Assembly: GCA_902763155.1 (NCBI GenBank)
Contig: CACWQS010000002.1
Coordinates: forward strand, 137,566-201,565
DNA length: 64,000 nt
DNA from: an uncultured Pseudomonadota bacterium
GTDB taxonomy: Bacteria > Pseudomonadota > Alphaproteobacteria > RF32 > CAG-239
Direction: 5' to 3'
Made by a program: the position numbers and the translations under genes. The stretch's first letter is position 1. Each line of letters starts with the position of its first letter. A model generated the notes under the pieces. That model was not told the origin of the DNA. It ran no database searches and saw nothing but the letters and a program-made list of their open reading frames with translations. Below are positions 1-10,705 of this stretch, in pieces.

Positions 1-558
1 AGCTGTTTTTTCGGCGCTATTATTCGGATTATTATAAGCAATATAAATCGCTGCATCTCTTGGGTTTTGAAGTTTCCCTGTTTTTTTAATATTTTCTAAT
101 AATATAACCAGTTTAAGTGTATCAACTGAAATATTTTCATCATCATACTGCAAATTATCAGTACTCTCGAAAAGGTAGCGCTGTATAAATACAACATTGT
201 TATATAATTCAGTCATACTCGTTGAGCAGACAAAGTAGTTTTTATCACCATTGAAAATATATATGTCTACATCAGATTTTATACTTTTTAAGTGTCCGGA
301 TTGTATATAGCCAACAATCTTTTTGAAATAATCCAACGCATACCAAATTGTTACGCGGTCAAGATAATATTCCCGATTAGCAAATTCAAAATATCGAACC
401 AACAACGGCATAATGCTTTGAGAATATTGTTGCCAATCTTGGTTATCACCAAAATTTTTATTAAATATTTTTTGCACCAAGCCATAATAGCTGGATGCGG
501 TCGATTTGCTAAAATTTTTCTGTAACCATTCCCGAAAATCCGATTTTATATCACTCAT
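1..558 (-). CDS. hypothetical protein, partial. Start ATG is at 558-556 and the gene runs off the window start
   Basis: Uninterrupted minus-strand frame translating MSDIKSDFREWLQKNFSKSTASSYYGLVQKIFNKNFGDNQDWQQYSQSIMPLL... to position 1. Absent from the ORF track because there is no in-window stop. The plus-strand ORF 292..525 is its antisense shadow. Confidence 0.5.
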   Translation of the reverse strand, partial: MSDIKSDFREWLQKNFSKSTASSYYGLVQKIFNKNFGDNQDWQQYSQSIMPLLVRYFEFANREYYLDRVTIWYALDYFKKIVGYIQSGHLKSIKSDVDIYIFNGDKNYFVCSTSMTELYNNVVFIQRYLFESTDNLQYDDENISVDTLKLVILLENIKKTGKLQNPRDAAIYIAYNNPNNSAEKTA

Positions 559-870
559 TGGTCAAACTCCTTATGTTTATCTTATTTTATGCTGTTTTAA
601 GAAAAAGTAAAACCGCAGTTTCCATATTTTTTCATTAAATGACATCAACGACAGATAATCGAATTTTATTCTTTAGTTTCACAAAATCCCAAGTCAGTTA
701 AAATTTTTTGCAATAACCAAATCAAATGCGGACATCAACCATACCGTACTCCAACTGCTTAACTGATTGATTTTATTGTATACTTACCACAACGAGTTCG
801 TAAAAATTCCCAAAATGCTTGTTTTTGAAAACATAACATCCGAACTCGGTTAAGTGATTGATTTAAAAAG

Positions 871-896
871 AAAAAACAGGCTTTTGACAGCCTGCT
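871..896 (-). terminator. rho-independent terminator downstream of tRNA-Glu
   Basis: Minus strand reads CAGGCT-GTCAAA-AGCCTG followed by TTTTTT. Confidence 0.55.
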
Positions 897-904
897 GTTT
901 GTGT

Positions 905-979
905 TGGTGATCCCAACGGGATTCGAACCCATATTGCCACCGTGAAAGGGTGATGTCCTAACCATTAGACGATGGGACC
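905..979 (-). tRNA. tRNA-Glu (anticodon UUC), CCA encoded
   Basis: Reverse complement GGTCCCATCGTCTAATGGTTAGGACATCACCCTTTCACGGTGGCAATATGGGTTCGAATCCCGTTGGGATCACCA. 7-bp acceptor stem; anticodon loop CUUUCAC; T-arm GGTTCGAATCC. Confidence 0.85.
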
Positions 980-1163
980 ATTCGTTTTTTTTCAAAAGCA
1001 TATATACTTGTATTTTTTCATAAGGTCAAGTGTTTTTTTCGCCCAAAAATCATTTTTTTACATTTTTTTGCCTCTATTCCGCTCAAAATCCACTTTTTTG
1101 CTTGCGTTTGCGCATATAGCAGAGTATAAACAAGCAAATTTTAAGGCATAAGGAGCAACGCAA

Positions 1164-2246
1164 ATGAAAGTAGATATTTTTGATTTTGAACTCGATAAAG
1201 AACTTATCGCCAAAAAGCCGGCAAACCCGCGAGATACTTCTCGTCTGCTCGACTTGTCTACGCCAACCGAAATCCATGACTTACATTTTTACGATTTACC
1301 GAAATTGCTCCGTGCCGGTGATGTAATGGTATTTAATGATACAAAGGTTATTCCCGCCCGCCTTTACGGTCAACGCGGCGAAGCTCTAGTGGAAGTAACC
1401 CTCTACCACCCCGATGACGGCATCAGTTGGTGGTCGTTCATCAAAAACTCCAAACGCCTGCATAGCGGCGATATTATCCGCTTTTATACCGATGAAATCA
1501 GCGCCGAAAATTCGACATTTTCCGCCGAAGTGGTGCAAAAAGATCAAGAAGACGGCGTGCTGATAAAATTTAATTGCACTGCTGATGATTTAGGCAAACT
1601 CTTAGAACAATACGGCTCAATGCCTCTGCCGCCATATATCAAGCGCGACAAACCTTTGCCGGGGCTGTGGAACCGCTACAACGATAAAGAAGATTATCAA
1701 ACCGTATATGCCAAGCACGAAGGTGCAGTTGCCGCCCCTACCGCCGGGCTGCATTTTACCGATAATCTGCTACAACAAATCGATTCTATGGGAGTTAAAC
1801 GCGTGTTTCTAACTTTGCATGTCGGCGCCGGCACATTTTTACCGGTTAAAACCGACGATACCGAAAGTCACAAAATGCACGCCGAATATGGTGTTATCTC
1901 TGCACAAACTGCCGATATCATCAACCAAGCCAAGCAGGAAGGCCGTCGCATTATCGCCGTTGGCACTACCTCGGTTCGTCTGCTCGAAAGTGCCGCTGAT
2001 GATAAGGGCATATTACATCCGTTTTGCGGCGAAACTGATATTTTCATCACTCCCGGCTACAAATTCAAAATCCTTGACACCATTATTACCAACTTTCACC
2101 TGCCTAAATCGACTTTGTTTATGCTGATTTGCGCTATCGGCGGCTTAGAACGTATGCAAAAAGCCTACCAACATGCCATCAGCGAAAAATATCGTTTTTA
2201 TTCTTATGGCGACAGTTGCATCATTAAATGTATAAATAAAATTTAA
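1164..2246 (+). CDS. queA: S-adenosylmethionine:tRNA ribosyltransferase-isomerase
   Basis: 360 aa. N-terminal MKVDIFDFELDKELIAKKPANPRDTSRLL and LPPYIKR motifs are characteristic of QueA. RBS AAGGAG upstream. Confidence 0.9.
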   Translation: MKVDIFDFELDKELIAKKPANPRDTSRLLDLSTPTEIHDLHFYDLPKLLRAGDVMVFNDTKVIPARLYGQRGEALVEVTLYHPDDGISWWSFIKNSKRLHSGDIIRFYTDEISAENSTFSAEVVQKDQEDGVLIKFNCTADDLGKLLEQYGSMPLPPYIKRDKPLPGLWNRYNDKEDYQTVYAKHEGAVAAPTAGLHFTDNLLQQIDSMGVKRVFLTLHVGAGTFLPVKTDDTESHKMHAEYGVISAQTADIINQAKQEGRRIIAVGTTSVRLLESAADDKGILHPFCGETDIFITPGYKFKILDTIITNFHLPKSTLFMLICAIGGLERMQKAYQHAISEKYRFYSYGDSCIIKCINKI

Positions 2247-2291
2247 ACTCTTTTATGCTAGCATTTCTATCGAATTTGCAGGAGAAAGAAT

Positions 2292-3467
2292 GTGACGCAT
2301 AATTTTGCCGATAACCTTAAATATACCTTCGGAACTATCAAAAGTTCCTTTATTCCGGCGTTTTTTATCGCCGTAGCATTGATTATGTTTTACGCTCAAA
2401 ATCCGTTTGAATTTCAACTCAGCCAAATTTTTCACGCTGTTTTCTTAGGAATATCGGCCTTTACTGCAGTTTTTTTATATATTACCAATCAAACCAAACC
2501 TTTTTTCAGCTTGTTACAAGGAATAATCGTTTATGCCCTTATCAACTGGTTCAAAAAGGAATACAGCACCGATTTTGCCTTGCAACCGTATTATATTCTG
2601 CTTTGCTTTGCCGTTCCCGTCAATATGATTATCTTTTATTTTTTACCGCCACAACAATTACGCTCGTTACGCGGATTTTGCGTTACTATCGCCTTGTTGA
2701 TAGAAATGGCCATTATTGAGCATTTTAATCGTTGGATATTGCTTATTCCGTATATTGATATAACATGGGAATCCATGCCGCTGTGGTGTGTTTTGCTTTG
2801 GCTTGTCTGCCTTACTATCTTAGCCATTAACATCAGTTTTAAAAATACTATTATCAATACCGGTCTTTTTTATGCCGATTCGGCACTGTTCTTGTGTCTT
2901 GCATACGCTCACCAAGCTTCGGCTCACAGCATCTTCGGCTTGGCCTTTACTGCCATTATTTTTTGCATTACCCTGCTGGATTTATTTTACCGCTATCATC
3001 ACGACAGTTTGGAAAAAGTCAGCAGCTATAATTCATATATCTCCCGCGCCGGCAATAAATTTTTATTCAAATACACCGTTGCGGTATTTTGCATTGATAA
3101 CCGCGAAAAACTGCTGTCTTCTATCGGTGAAGCAAATATACAGGTTTTAGAACAAATGCTGGTCAACAAAATCTGCGAATTTTCTCCGGAAGTAGAACTT
3201 TTCCGCTATAACGAAAACGAACTTATGATGGTGTTCAAAAACGAAGATGCCAAACATGCATTAGAATATTGCGAAAATATTCGCCGCACGATTGCCGCTT
3301 CGGAATTTATTTTTACTTCAGGAAAAACTCTTAAAATCACTATTTCAATCTGTGTTTCCGAACGCACCCGCAAATACATTGATGCAGATGTTGTAGCCGA
3401 ACGCGGTCATAACGGCCTACAAAAAGGTTATCATTTCAACAGTAATATTGCCACTATTGCTTCTTAA
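2292..3467 (+). CDS. polytopic membrane protein with a C-terminal degenerate GGDEF-like domain
   Basis: About 7 predicted TM helices. C-terminal ~160 aa (AVFCIDNREKL...ELFRYNENELMMVF...ITISICVSE) resembles a diguanylate-cyclase fold, with the GG[DE]EF motif replaced by YNENE. GTG start. Confidence 0.5.
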   Translation: MTHNFADNLKYTFGTIKSSFIPAFFIAVALIMFYAQNPFEFQLSQIFHAVFLGISAFTAVFLYITNQTKPFFSLLQGIIVYALINWFKKEYSTDFALQPYYILLCFAVPVNMIIFYFLPPQQLRSLRGFCVTIALLIEMAIIEHFNRWILLIPYIDITWESMPLWCVLLWLVCLTILAINISFKNTIINTGLFYADSALFLCLAYAHQASAHSIFGLAFTAIIFCITLLDLFYRYHHDSLEKVSSYNSYISRAGNKFLFKYTVAVFCIDNREKLLSSIGEANIQVLEQMLVNKICEFSPEVELFRYNENELMMVFKNEDAKHALEYCENIRRTIAASEFIFTSGKTLKITISICVSERTRKYIDADVVAERGHNGLQKGYHFNSNIATIAS

Positions 3468-4263
3468 AGTTGCAACCGGATTTAAGCGCACGCCAAATAA
3501 GATACATTCCCAATAGCACTACCGGCACAGATAAACATTGCCCCATTGTAACATGCCCGAACAAAAATCCTATTTGTGCATCAGGTTCTCTGAACTGTTC
3601 CACAAATGCCCGACAAGCCGCATACAAAAGCAAAAACATTCCGGAAATAAAACCGACACGTTCACGACACCATTTGCTGCGCCACATCAGATTGAGCACC
3701 ACAAATAATAAAATACCTTCCAAACAAGCTTCATAAATCTGCGACGGATGCCGCGGCAAATACCCACCTCGCGGAAAGCGCACTGCCCAAGATACATCAG
3801 TTACCCGCCCCCACAATTCGTCATTAACAAAATTTGCCAAGCGGCCTAAAAAAATCCCTATCGGTACCACCGGAGACACTACATCAGTCAACTTTAAAAG
3901 CGGATACTTTAACTTCCGTGCTAACAAAGCAATTGCAATAATCACCCCGATAATCCCACCATGAAAAGACATTCCTCCGTGCCAAATAGCCAATATCTGC
4001 CATGGTTGCGCCAAATACGCACCGTCGCCATAAAAAAACACATACCCGAGCCGTCCGCCCAAAATAATGCCCAACGTAACGTAAAAGGCCACATCTTCCA
4101 AATTCTGCCGGCTAAAACCCAAATCATATTTTTTGTTTCGGCACGACACTAACCACCAACCGGCAATAATCCCCACCAAATAGGCCAGAGAATACCAGCG
4201 CAATTCAAAAAATCCTAAAGAAAAAAATATTGGCGAAATCGCCGGATATGCCAAACCTGTCAT
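3454..4263 (-). CDS. lgt: prolipoprotein diacylglyceryl transferase
   Basis: 269 aa polytopic protein. Motifs FFSLGFFELRWYSLAYLVG and HGGMSFHGG are Lgt signatures. Confidence 0.9.
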   Translation of the reverse strand: MTGLAYPAISPIFFSLGFFELRWYSLAYLVGIIAGWWLVSCRNKKYDLGFSRQNLEDVAFYVTLGIILGGRLGYVFFYGDGAYLAQPWQILAIWHGGMSFHGGIIGVIIAIALLARKLKYPLLKLTDVVSPVVPIGIFLGRLANFVNDELWGRVTDVSWAVRFPRGGYLPRHPSQIYEACLEGILLFVVLNLMWRSKWCRERVGFISGMFLLLYAACRAFVEQFREPDAQIGFLFGHVTMGQCLSVPVVLLGMYLIWRALKSGCNFKKQ

Positions 4264-4427
4264 TTTTTCAGCCTTCCTTATTCCTAATTGCTTAAAAGTA
4301 TATTAACAAAAAAAAGATAATCCACATCTAAAATTTTTTTATAAACATCTTTCTTTGTAACTATCTGTTTTTACGTTTTTATAAACAAAAGGTTAACATA
4401 AAAATTTCAAAAAAGTGGAAAACTTAT

Positions 4428-4973
4428 TTGTTGAAATTGTTTTTTTGCTCAGAAATGTGTCATCTTAAAACCGAACCAAAAAACAAGGGAATTTTAATGC
4501 TCGCTGAAAATTTATTAAAATATAATCCGATTGACACCATTGAATGTTTGTTTGCCGAAAAACAACATTCGACAGAGCGTCGCAGCACTAACGAGGTGGT
4601 AGTGCAAATTCCCGGTAAATGGGATAATATGCTCCTTTTCTTTGCATGGGAAGAGCAAATGAATTGCCTCCATCTTTCATGCTTAATTAACATTGAACCG
4701 GAAGATGTCGCTCTCCCCAGCATATTTGAATTGCTTGCCTTACTTAACGAAGATTTGTGGGTCGGACATTTTTCGTTTTGGGAAGAAGCCCGCGCACCGT
4801 TGTTCCGCCACTCGCTTTTTGTTGATGAAACCGATAATAATCTGAACAATAAGCTGTCGCAAATCGTCAATATCGCCATCACCGAATGTGAGCGCGCTTA
4901 CCCGATTTTTCACGCCGTATTCAAGCAACATATTTCACCGCGCCGTGCCATGATTCCGATAATGTTAATGTGA
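4428..4973 (+). CDS. YbjN-like putative sensory-transduction regulator family protein (start probably M at 4497)
   Basis: About 160 aa cytosolic protein. Weak family resemblance only. Confidence 0.4.
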   Translation: MLKLFFCSEMCHLKTEPKNKGILMLAENLLKYNPIDTIECLFAEKQHSTERRSTNEVVVQIPGKWDNMLLFFAWEEQMNCLHLSCLINIEPEDVALPSIFELLALLNEDLWVGHFSFWEEARAPLFRHSLFVDETDNNLNNKLSQIVNIAITECERAYPIFHAVFKQHISPRRAMIPIMLM

Positions 4974-4976
4974 TGA

Positions 4977-5714
4977 TTATATTTTCTGCCACCTGATTCG
5001 ACACTGTGCCAATTCATCGCCCGATTTTTTATCTCGAATAGAATGTAGACTTTCATCATTGTGTAAATCGCTCAATACAACTACTGTTTCACCGTATAGA
5101 GCTTCTTTTTTGTAACAAATTTCCATCTCCTGCACAAAATGCGTCAGCCGATACTCATCATCTAAACTTTCACTGGCCCAAAGCGGATATACAGTGTTGT
5201 TAACATGCTGATTCACATCTAAATCATCAAAACGCACTTTAAATTCTACCCGATTCGTCGCCTCACTCACTGCCGGTATTTTGGGAAAATCCGTTTCAAT
5301 TACTCGCTCATGCACCGCTTCATAATCGGGAAAATATTTTTTAATCAACACCGGACGGCGCCGCTCTACATCTATCAACACCCATTGACTACTGGCTTTG
5401 ATTATTTCATCGTTCGATTCGTTTTTAACCACAAAATCGCGCACCGCACCCCAAAGTTTAGCTTCTGCCGGCCAAGTTTCAATTTTAATAACTTCATTTT
5501 GTTTCGGCATACGCATAATCTGCACCAAATAATTAGAACCTACCCACGCCAAATTTTGCTTTAGGCAATCTCTAAGTCCCAACCCGAACGATTCGGCATG
5601 TTCCACAGCAATATCCTGCAATACATTCATTAAACTCAAAACACGCAAAAAGCCATGACAATCTGTTTCATGACTTCTTACCGTATATTCTTTAACGTAT
5701 TTTGAAACACGCAT
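4977..5714 (-). CDS. acyl-ACP thioesterase (hotdog fold)
   Basis: 245 aa. N-terminal HETDCHGFLRVLSLMNVLQDIAVEHAE and a second hotdog half with DVNQHVNNTVY, typical of FatA/B-like acyl-ACP thioesterases. Confidence 0.7.
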   Translation of the reverse strand: MRVSKYVKEYTVRSHETDCHGFLRVLSLMNVLQDIAVEHAESFGLGLRDCLKQNLAWVGSNYLVQIMRMPKQNEVIKIETWPAEAKLWGAVRDFVVKNESNDEIIKASSQWVLIDVERRRPVLIKKYFPDYEAVHERVIETDFPKIPAVSEATNRVEFKVRFDDLDVNQHVNNTVYPLWASESLDDEYRLTHFVQEMEICYKKEALYGETVVVLSDLHNDESLHSIRDKKSGDELAQCRIRWQKI

Positions 5715-5718
5715 TTTT

Positions 5719-6327
5719 TTAGAACAATTCCATATTACGTGTTAAACCGGCAACGCGATAGCTTTCAAAGCGATTTTCCAAACGTTTGGTATAAATCTCA
5801 CCTTCTTTAGAATTACCGGAATGATAACGCTTAGCCGCTTTTTTCCAATCACGACCGTTTGATGAATAAAGCGTGCGCAAAAACTTAGCACTGTATCCGA
5901 CATTTTTATCCGGATCCAAAGCATCTTCAATTGAAGAAAATGCCTTGCCATGATATTTCAGATTAACTTGCATACAGCCCACGTCAATACTGCTAATTCC
6001 CTTAGCCTGAGCCTCTTTAACGGCTTTTACCGCTTCTTCGCGATTAGCAAAGTAATATCCCTTGCCTTTAATATTTACAGTCCACGGCCAAGCCACATAT
6101 CTGTTTTGCAGATTATCCCACTTACCGCTTTCAACCACGGCAATGGTCTGCAACAAATCAAAACTAACGCCGTATTCAGCACCCGCTGATTTAGCAGCTG
6201 CCGAACAAACAGAACTATCGTGAAGTTGTTGTTTTACCGGCAAAACATCAGTATCCTCGTTTGCATAAATAGAATTACTGAAAAGCACGAGCACACTGAT
6301 TAGTAAAATAAAAAATCTATTAAACAC
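5719..6327 (-). CDS. secreted lytic transglycosylase (SLT / IagB-like lysozyme-like domain)
   Basis: Signal peptide. Catalytic-region motifs LLQTIAVVESGKWD and IDVGCMQVN. Confidence 0.7.
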   Translation of the reverse strand: MFNRFFILLISVLVLFSNSIYANEDTDVLPVKQQLHDSSVCSAAAKSAGAEYGVSFDLLQTIAVVESGKWDNLQNRYVAWPWTVNIKGKGYYFANREEAVKAVKEAQAKGISSIDVGCMQVNLKYHGKAFSSIEDALDPDKNVGYSAKFLRTLYSSNGRDWKKAAKRYHSGNSKEGEIYTKRLENRFESYRVAGLTRNMELF

Positions 6328-6640
6328 GAGATGTGTTACCTTTTCCTAACTGTTCAATCAACATTTAGCTTCCCATCTTTTAAGAATTTCCGCCAAACTT
6401 TTACAATTCCGTAGAATTGGTTTCTCAAACAGTTGCCGTTATTTTAACCAACTTTTAAGGTTAATTTAACGAATTGTTAACATTCAGGAACACATATAGC
6501 ACCTATTTTTTATAAAATCCAGTAAAAATATACTTTTTATTAAGTTTTTGCTTTTAATTTATTCTAACCATTTGAATATACTAACTTTATTTTTAAATTT
6601 TTTTTATTTATCGAGATCAATTTCGCCGTTTTTTACATTT

Positions 6641-6672
6641 AAAACTTAAAAAAATACCCGCATAACGCGGGC
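6641..6672 (-). terminator. rho-independent terminator for the deacetylase gene
   Basis: CCCGCGTTATGCGGG hairpin followed by a T-run on the minus strand. Confidence 0.55.
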
Positions 6673-6698
6673 TAAAATAGCAAAAATTGAAATTATAA

Positions 6699-7721
6699 CT
6701 ACTTTCTTACTAAATCAGACAAATGAACCAGAACAAAACCTCTGTCTTCAACTGTTTGCAGCCAATCTTTCAGAGCCTTGTATGTCTGTGTATGCGGATG
6801 TCCTATTGCCACAGCAGCTCCATGCTTTGTTGCAATCTTTTCTGCCTGACGCAACTGTCCCATAACATAATCATAGTCATTTTCATTATCCAAAAACACA
6901 TCTCGACTTATATATGGCACCCCAAACTCTGCCGCAGCCTCGCGCCCTGCCGATTTTCCCGTTGTTTTTGAATCCAAAAAATACCAACCGTTTTCTTTCA
7001 AAACTTCCATCACATAGCCAAGGCTCTTCAAACTTTCGGTAAATTCGCTCCCCATGTGATTATTAGCGCCTTTCATCCCCATACCATCAAAATATGCCAT
7101 AAATTCGCGCAAATTTTTCTGCACTGTGGCTTTATCCATTTCCGGCGCCAAAGTTACCGGCGCCAAAGATGCACGCTGATGCGGCATCATTGGCACATGC
7201 AACATCACCTCAAAACCGGCATCTTTCGCCTGTTGCACTTGTTGCTTATTCGCAGGAGCATAAGGTAAAAACGATGCTGTCAACGGCTTTTTAAGGCTCA
7301 AAATATCTTTGGTATTTTGCGGACTTACCCCCAAATCATCAATAACTATGGCAATATATTTTTTATCTCCTGCTAAAGGCTTATTCGCAGCTTGCTCGTC
7401 CCTATCTTCATCACCGATAATTTCCTCATCAGATGTCTTATTTTGTGCCGATTCGTTAGCAAGTATTTTCAAAAATGCGGCCTGCTCCATATATTCGGCG
7501 ACCGATTCGTCAAGCTCCTGTGCGATTTTTTGCGCCGAATGTTGCTCAAACAGCATCGGTGGCACCATAATATCCCTTTCCGCTACTGCAATTTCAGCCG
7601 TCGCCAACGGAAATCTATCCGTTTCCGGTCGCAACAAATCATAGACCACTACTAAACCTTCTATAAAGGCTATAGCCAGTAGAATATATGTAAAAATCAA
7701 ACCTTTGCTAATCGACTTCAT
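6699..7721 (-). CDS. divergent polysaccharide deacetylase (YibQ-like)
   Basis: 340 aa. N-terminal TM helix, acidic linker, then IAIVIDDLG...HVPMMPH...GHPH, which matches divergent polysaccharide deacetylase / YibQ family architecture. Confidence 0.6.
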   Translation of the reverse strand: MKSISKGLIFTYILLAIAFIEGLVVVYDLLRPETDRFPLATAEIAVAERDIMVPPMLFEQHSAQKIAQELDESVAEYMEQAAFLKILANESAQNKTSDEEIIGDEDRDEQAANKPLAGDKKYIAIVIDDLGVSPQNTKDILSLKKPLTASFLPYAPANKQQVQQAKDAGFEVMLHVPMMPHQRASLAPVTLAPEMDKATVQKNLREFMAYFDGMGMKGANNHMGSEFTESLKSLGYVMEVLKENGWYFLDSKTTGKSAGREAAAEFGVPYISRDVFLDNENDYDYVMGQLRQAEKIATKHGAAVAIGHPHTQTYKALKDWLQTVEDRGFVLVHLSDLVRK

Positions 7722-7725
7722 CTAC

Positions 7726-9198
7726 TTAATCTTTCTTTTTTAAAGTTGGAAAAGCAATCACATCACGAATGGTTTCGGCACCGGTTAAAAGCATAGAAAC
7801 ACGGTCGATTCCCATCCCCATACCGCCAGTCGGAGCAAAACCGTTTTCAAGCGCATTGATAAAATCCTCATCAAGCATTTGCGCCTCATCATCACCATTT
7901 TCACGCGCCGCAACTTCAGCCTCAAAACGCTCTCTTTGTTCAAGCGGATTCGATAATTCGGAATAAGCACATCCGATCTCCATTCCACCCAAATAAGCAT
8001 CAAAATGCTCCACCAAACGCGGATTACTGCGGTGTGTTTTTGCCAGCGGTGAAATATCGCGCGGCATATCCATCACAAATGTTGGTTCAATCAAAGTGTG
8101 TTCCACTTTTTCATCAAACACTTCTTGCACGACTTTACCCCAACAACTGCAAGCACTGGCATCTACTCCTACCGACTTTGCCATTTCTTGAGCTTCTGCC
8201 AAAGTTTGCGCTTTCATTAAATCAATTCCTGTTTCTTCTTTTATCAAATTAACTATCGATTCGCGCTTAAACGGCTTAGATAAATCTATCTCACGTTCGC
8301 CGAACATAATCTTCGGTTCGCCCAGAACTTCGGTTGCCACAAATCGTAACAAATTTTCAATTAAATTTGCCATATCATTATAGTCGGCATACGCCTGATA
8401 CGCTTCCAAGCCGGTAAACTCCGGATTATGATTTTTATCTATACCTTCGTTGCGGAAATTACGCCCTATTTCAAATACACGATCAAAACCGCCGACAATC
8501 AGCTTTTTCAAATACAACTCCGGTGCAATCCGTAAGTATAAATCCATATCTAAAGCATTGTGATGCGTAACAAACGGTTTAGCATTTGCACCACCCATAA
8601 TCGGGTGAAGCATCGGCGTTTCCACTTCCAAAAACTCATTCTGTTCAAAGAACCGCCGCACCGCCGAAGTAATCTGACAACGTTTTTTGAAAATTGCCTT
8701 ACTCTCGTCATTCATGATATAATCAACATAGCGCTGACGATAACGTGCATCAACATCTGTCAGACCATGAAATTTTTCCGGCAACGGTTGCAATGATTTA
8801 GCGATAATATCAAACTTTTCGGCGGCAATCGTCAATTCACCGCGCGGAGTCCGCCGCACAAAACCGCTGACACCGACCATATCTCCCACATCAACACACT
8901 TTAAGCGCTCCATGTCTTCTTCCGGCAAAATCTTTTTGTAGCAAAATGCCTGAATTTTGCCGCTTTTATCTTTAATATCAACAAACATTCCGCTATTACG
9001 CACGGCCATAGCGCGACCGGCAATTGTCACGCGGTCTTCGGTATCAATACCCGCTTCCAAATCCTTATATTTTTCGTGCAATTCTGCCGCATACGCATTC
9101 GGCACAAAACGGTACGGGTACGGGTTATATCCTTTTTCCTGTAAAGCCTTTAACTTGTTTAATCTCGATTCGCGATGGATATTTGTTTCATTTGCCAT
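7726..9198 (-). CDS. lysS: lysyl-tRNA synthetase, class II
   Basis: 490 aa. OB-fold N-domain, class II motifs (FRNEGID..., [14 protein letters not shown]). Confidence 0.92.
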   Translation of the reverse strand: MANETNIHRESRLNKLKALQEKGYNPYPYRFVPNAYAAELHEKYKDLEAGIDTEDRVTIAGRAMAVRNSGMFVDIKDKSGKIQAFCYKKILPEEDMERLKCVDVGDMVGVSGFVRRTPRGELTIAAEKFDIIAKSLQPLPEKFHGLTDVDARYRQRYVDYIMNDESKAIFKKRCQITSAVRRFFEQNEFLEVETPMLHPIMGGANAKPFVTHHNALDMDLYLRIAPELYLKKLIVGGFDRVFEIGRNFRNEGIDKNHNPEFTGLEAYQAYADYNDMANLIENLLRFVATEVLGEPKIMFGEREIDLSKPFKRESIVNLIKEETGIDLMKAQTLAEAQEMAKSVGVDASACSCWGKVVQEVFDEKVEHTLIEPTFVMDMPRDISPLAKTHRSNPRLVEHFDAYLGGMEIGCAYSELSNPLEQRERFEAEVAARENGDDEAQMLDEDFINALENGFAPTGGMGMGIDRVSMLLTGAETIRDVIAFPTLKKKD

Positions 9199-9336
9199 AT
9201 TATCTTCCTAACCTAAATTCATTACAATCTTGGCAAACTATAAACCGCTACAAAATATTTTGCAATAAAAATATCTTGCAACACAAACCAAAATATTGTA
9301 GTTATAATTATACATAAACTCGTTGTGGAGGATAAT

Positions 9337-10023
9337 ATGGCAACACAATTTTCTCACTTAAAATATATTTATTTAAGTTTACTTTTTTCTTTAAGCATCA
9401 CTTTTCCGGCTTTTGCCGATGTTTGTTTTTTACCTGACGGCACATGTATGTCCGGTATAAAGATGGAAAAGCAAACGCTTGGTTCAGATGATGATTGTTC
9501 CGGCTATGGTGCTAAGAAAAACGGGAAAGGTTGGGATTGTTCGGATACCTGCCGTGCTCACGGGAATTTGTATTATAATTGCGTCGAAAAAAAGTGCACT
9601 TCTGGCTACACTCCGGGAATTAGCAGTTGTGAAGATGGTTATGTTTTTGATAGCGACAATTCTTATTCAGGCGACTTACTCTGCGGTAGGTGCTTAGAAG
9701 ATAAGTGCCCTAATGGTTCACACTTAAGCCAAGAATGCGAAACTGCCGGATATCTTCCAGTCCAAACCCAATACTACGTAGAAGAATACCCTTGCTATAT
9801 GTGTGTAAATGATAATTGTGATACCGGCTTTAGCAAAAAATGTAATTCTGAAACAGAATTGGCGCTAAAAGTTCAACACACCCAATACGGTTCTATATGC
9901 TACAAATGTTGTAATAATGTTTGTAGTAGAGGTTCTTTAGACGAGCCGATTTGTGATAGCGGAAAAACTTCACAAGAAGTTTCACGCACTGGTTGCGATA
10001 AACCATGCTATGAGTGCCGCTAA
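9337..10023 (+). CDS. secreted cysteine-repeat protein
   Basis: Signal peptide MATQFSHLKYIYLSLLFSLSITFPAFA. The mature part holds about 5 tandem repeats of about 25 aa, C-x-[EN]-[DK]-x-C-x2-G-x4-6-C-[ED]-x-G-Y, with over 30 Cys. RBS GGAGG. Confidence 0.6.
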   Translation: MATQFSHLKYIYLSLLFSLSITFPAFADVCFLPDGTCMSGIKMEKQTLGSDDDCSGYGAKKNGKGWDCSDTCRAHGNLYYNCVEKKCTSGYTPGISSCEDGYVFDSDNSYSGDLLCGRCLEDKCPNGSHLSQECETAGYLPVQTQYYVEEYPCYMCVNDNCDTGFSKKCNSETELALKVQHTQYGSICYKCCNNVCSRGSLDEPICDSGKTSQEVSRTGCDKPCYECR

Positions 10024-10187
10024 AATCGCCAATTTTTAAGCAAAAAAGTTCATTTTTATACATACCTCAAAGACTGTTATTGTGGTATGTATATTTTTTT
10101 ATAAAAAAATCTTGAATTTTGTCAAAAAATAAGTTAATGTAAATTAAAATTCGAATTTTTTAGATAATAAATTAAAACAATCAGATT

Positions 10188-10628
10188 ATGGAAAAAGCAA
10201 ATCGTTTTTGCGCCGTGCTATTGGTAATAGTACTCGCATTGTTGGCTGTCTGCATCTGGCAGGCTCCCAGTGGGACCTTCTCCGTAGCAAATTGTTTTTG
10301 CTACTATTTCATGGCAATAGTCCTCATATTATTTCCTATGAGTTTGAATACCGAAAGCAAAGGTGAACGTAATCTTCCAATCTCCTTTCTAATGGCTTTC
10401 ATAAGCATTGAGATTGGCATCTTTTTTAGTGTTGAGTTCTGGTGCTTACCGATTCTGGCAGCTGTATTACCAACTCTCTATTTTATGAGGTATTCTTGGA
10501 TACACGCACATAAGCTAAACACAGTAGCTTTTGCAAACAACCTGTTCTATTTGCTACTCCTGAGCTATGTTTTTTGCCTTTTGGTAAAAGTAATAATAGA
10601 ACCGACATGGCTCCATTTCCTCGGATAA
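10188..10628 (+). CDS. small polytopic membrane protein
   Basis: 146 aa, about 4 TM helices. Immediately downstream of the Cys-repeat gene. Confidence 0.5.
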   Translation: MEKANRFCAVLLVIVLALLAVCIWQAPSGTFSVANCFCYYFMAIVLILFPMSLNTESKGERNLPISFLMAFISIEIGIFFSVEFWCLPILAAVLPTLYFMRYSWIHAHKLNTVAFANNLFYLLLLSYVFCLLVKVIIEPTWLHFLG

Positions 10629-10640
10629 ATTATTAAAAAA

Positions 10641-10688
10641 CAAAAAAAGAAAGTCGGCGACTCGCTTGAGAGTTCCCGACTTTTCTAT
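10641..10688. terminator. bidirectional rho-independent terminator
   Basis: AGTCGG...CCGACT hairpin with an A-run 5' and a T-run 3'. Lies between convergent genes. Confidence 0.55.
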
Positions 10689-10705
10689 TTATTGCAAAAA
10701 TATAT

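Noticed and set aside
292-525. 77-aa plus-strand ORF at the window start
   Set aside because: It lies entirely inside, and antisense to, the uninterrupted minus-strand frame 558..1, which has a sensible start and a protein-like composition. It is a shadow ORF.
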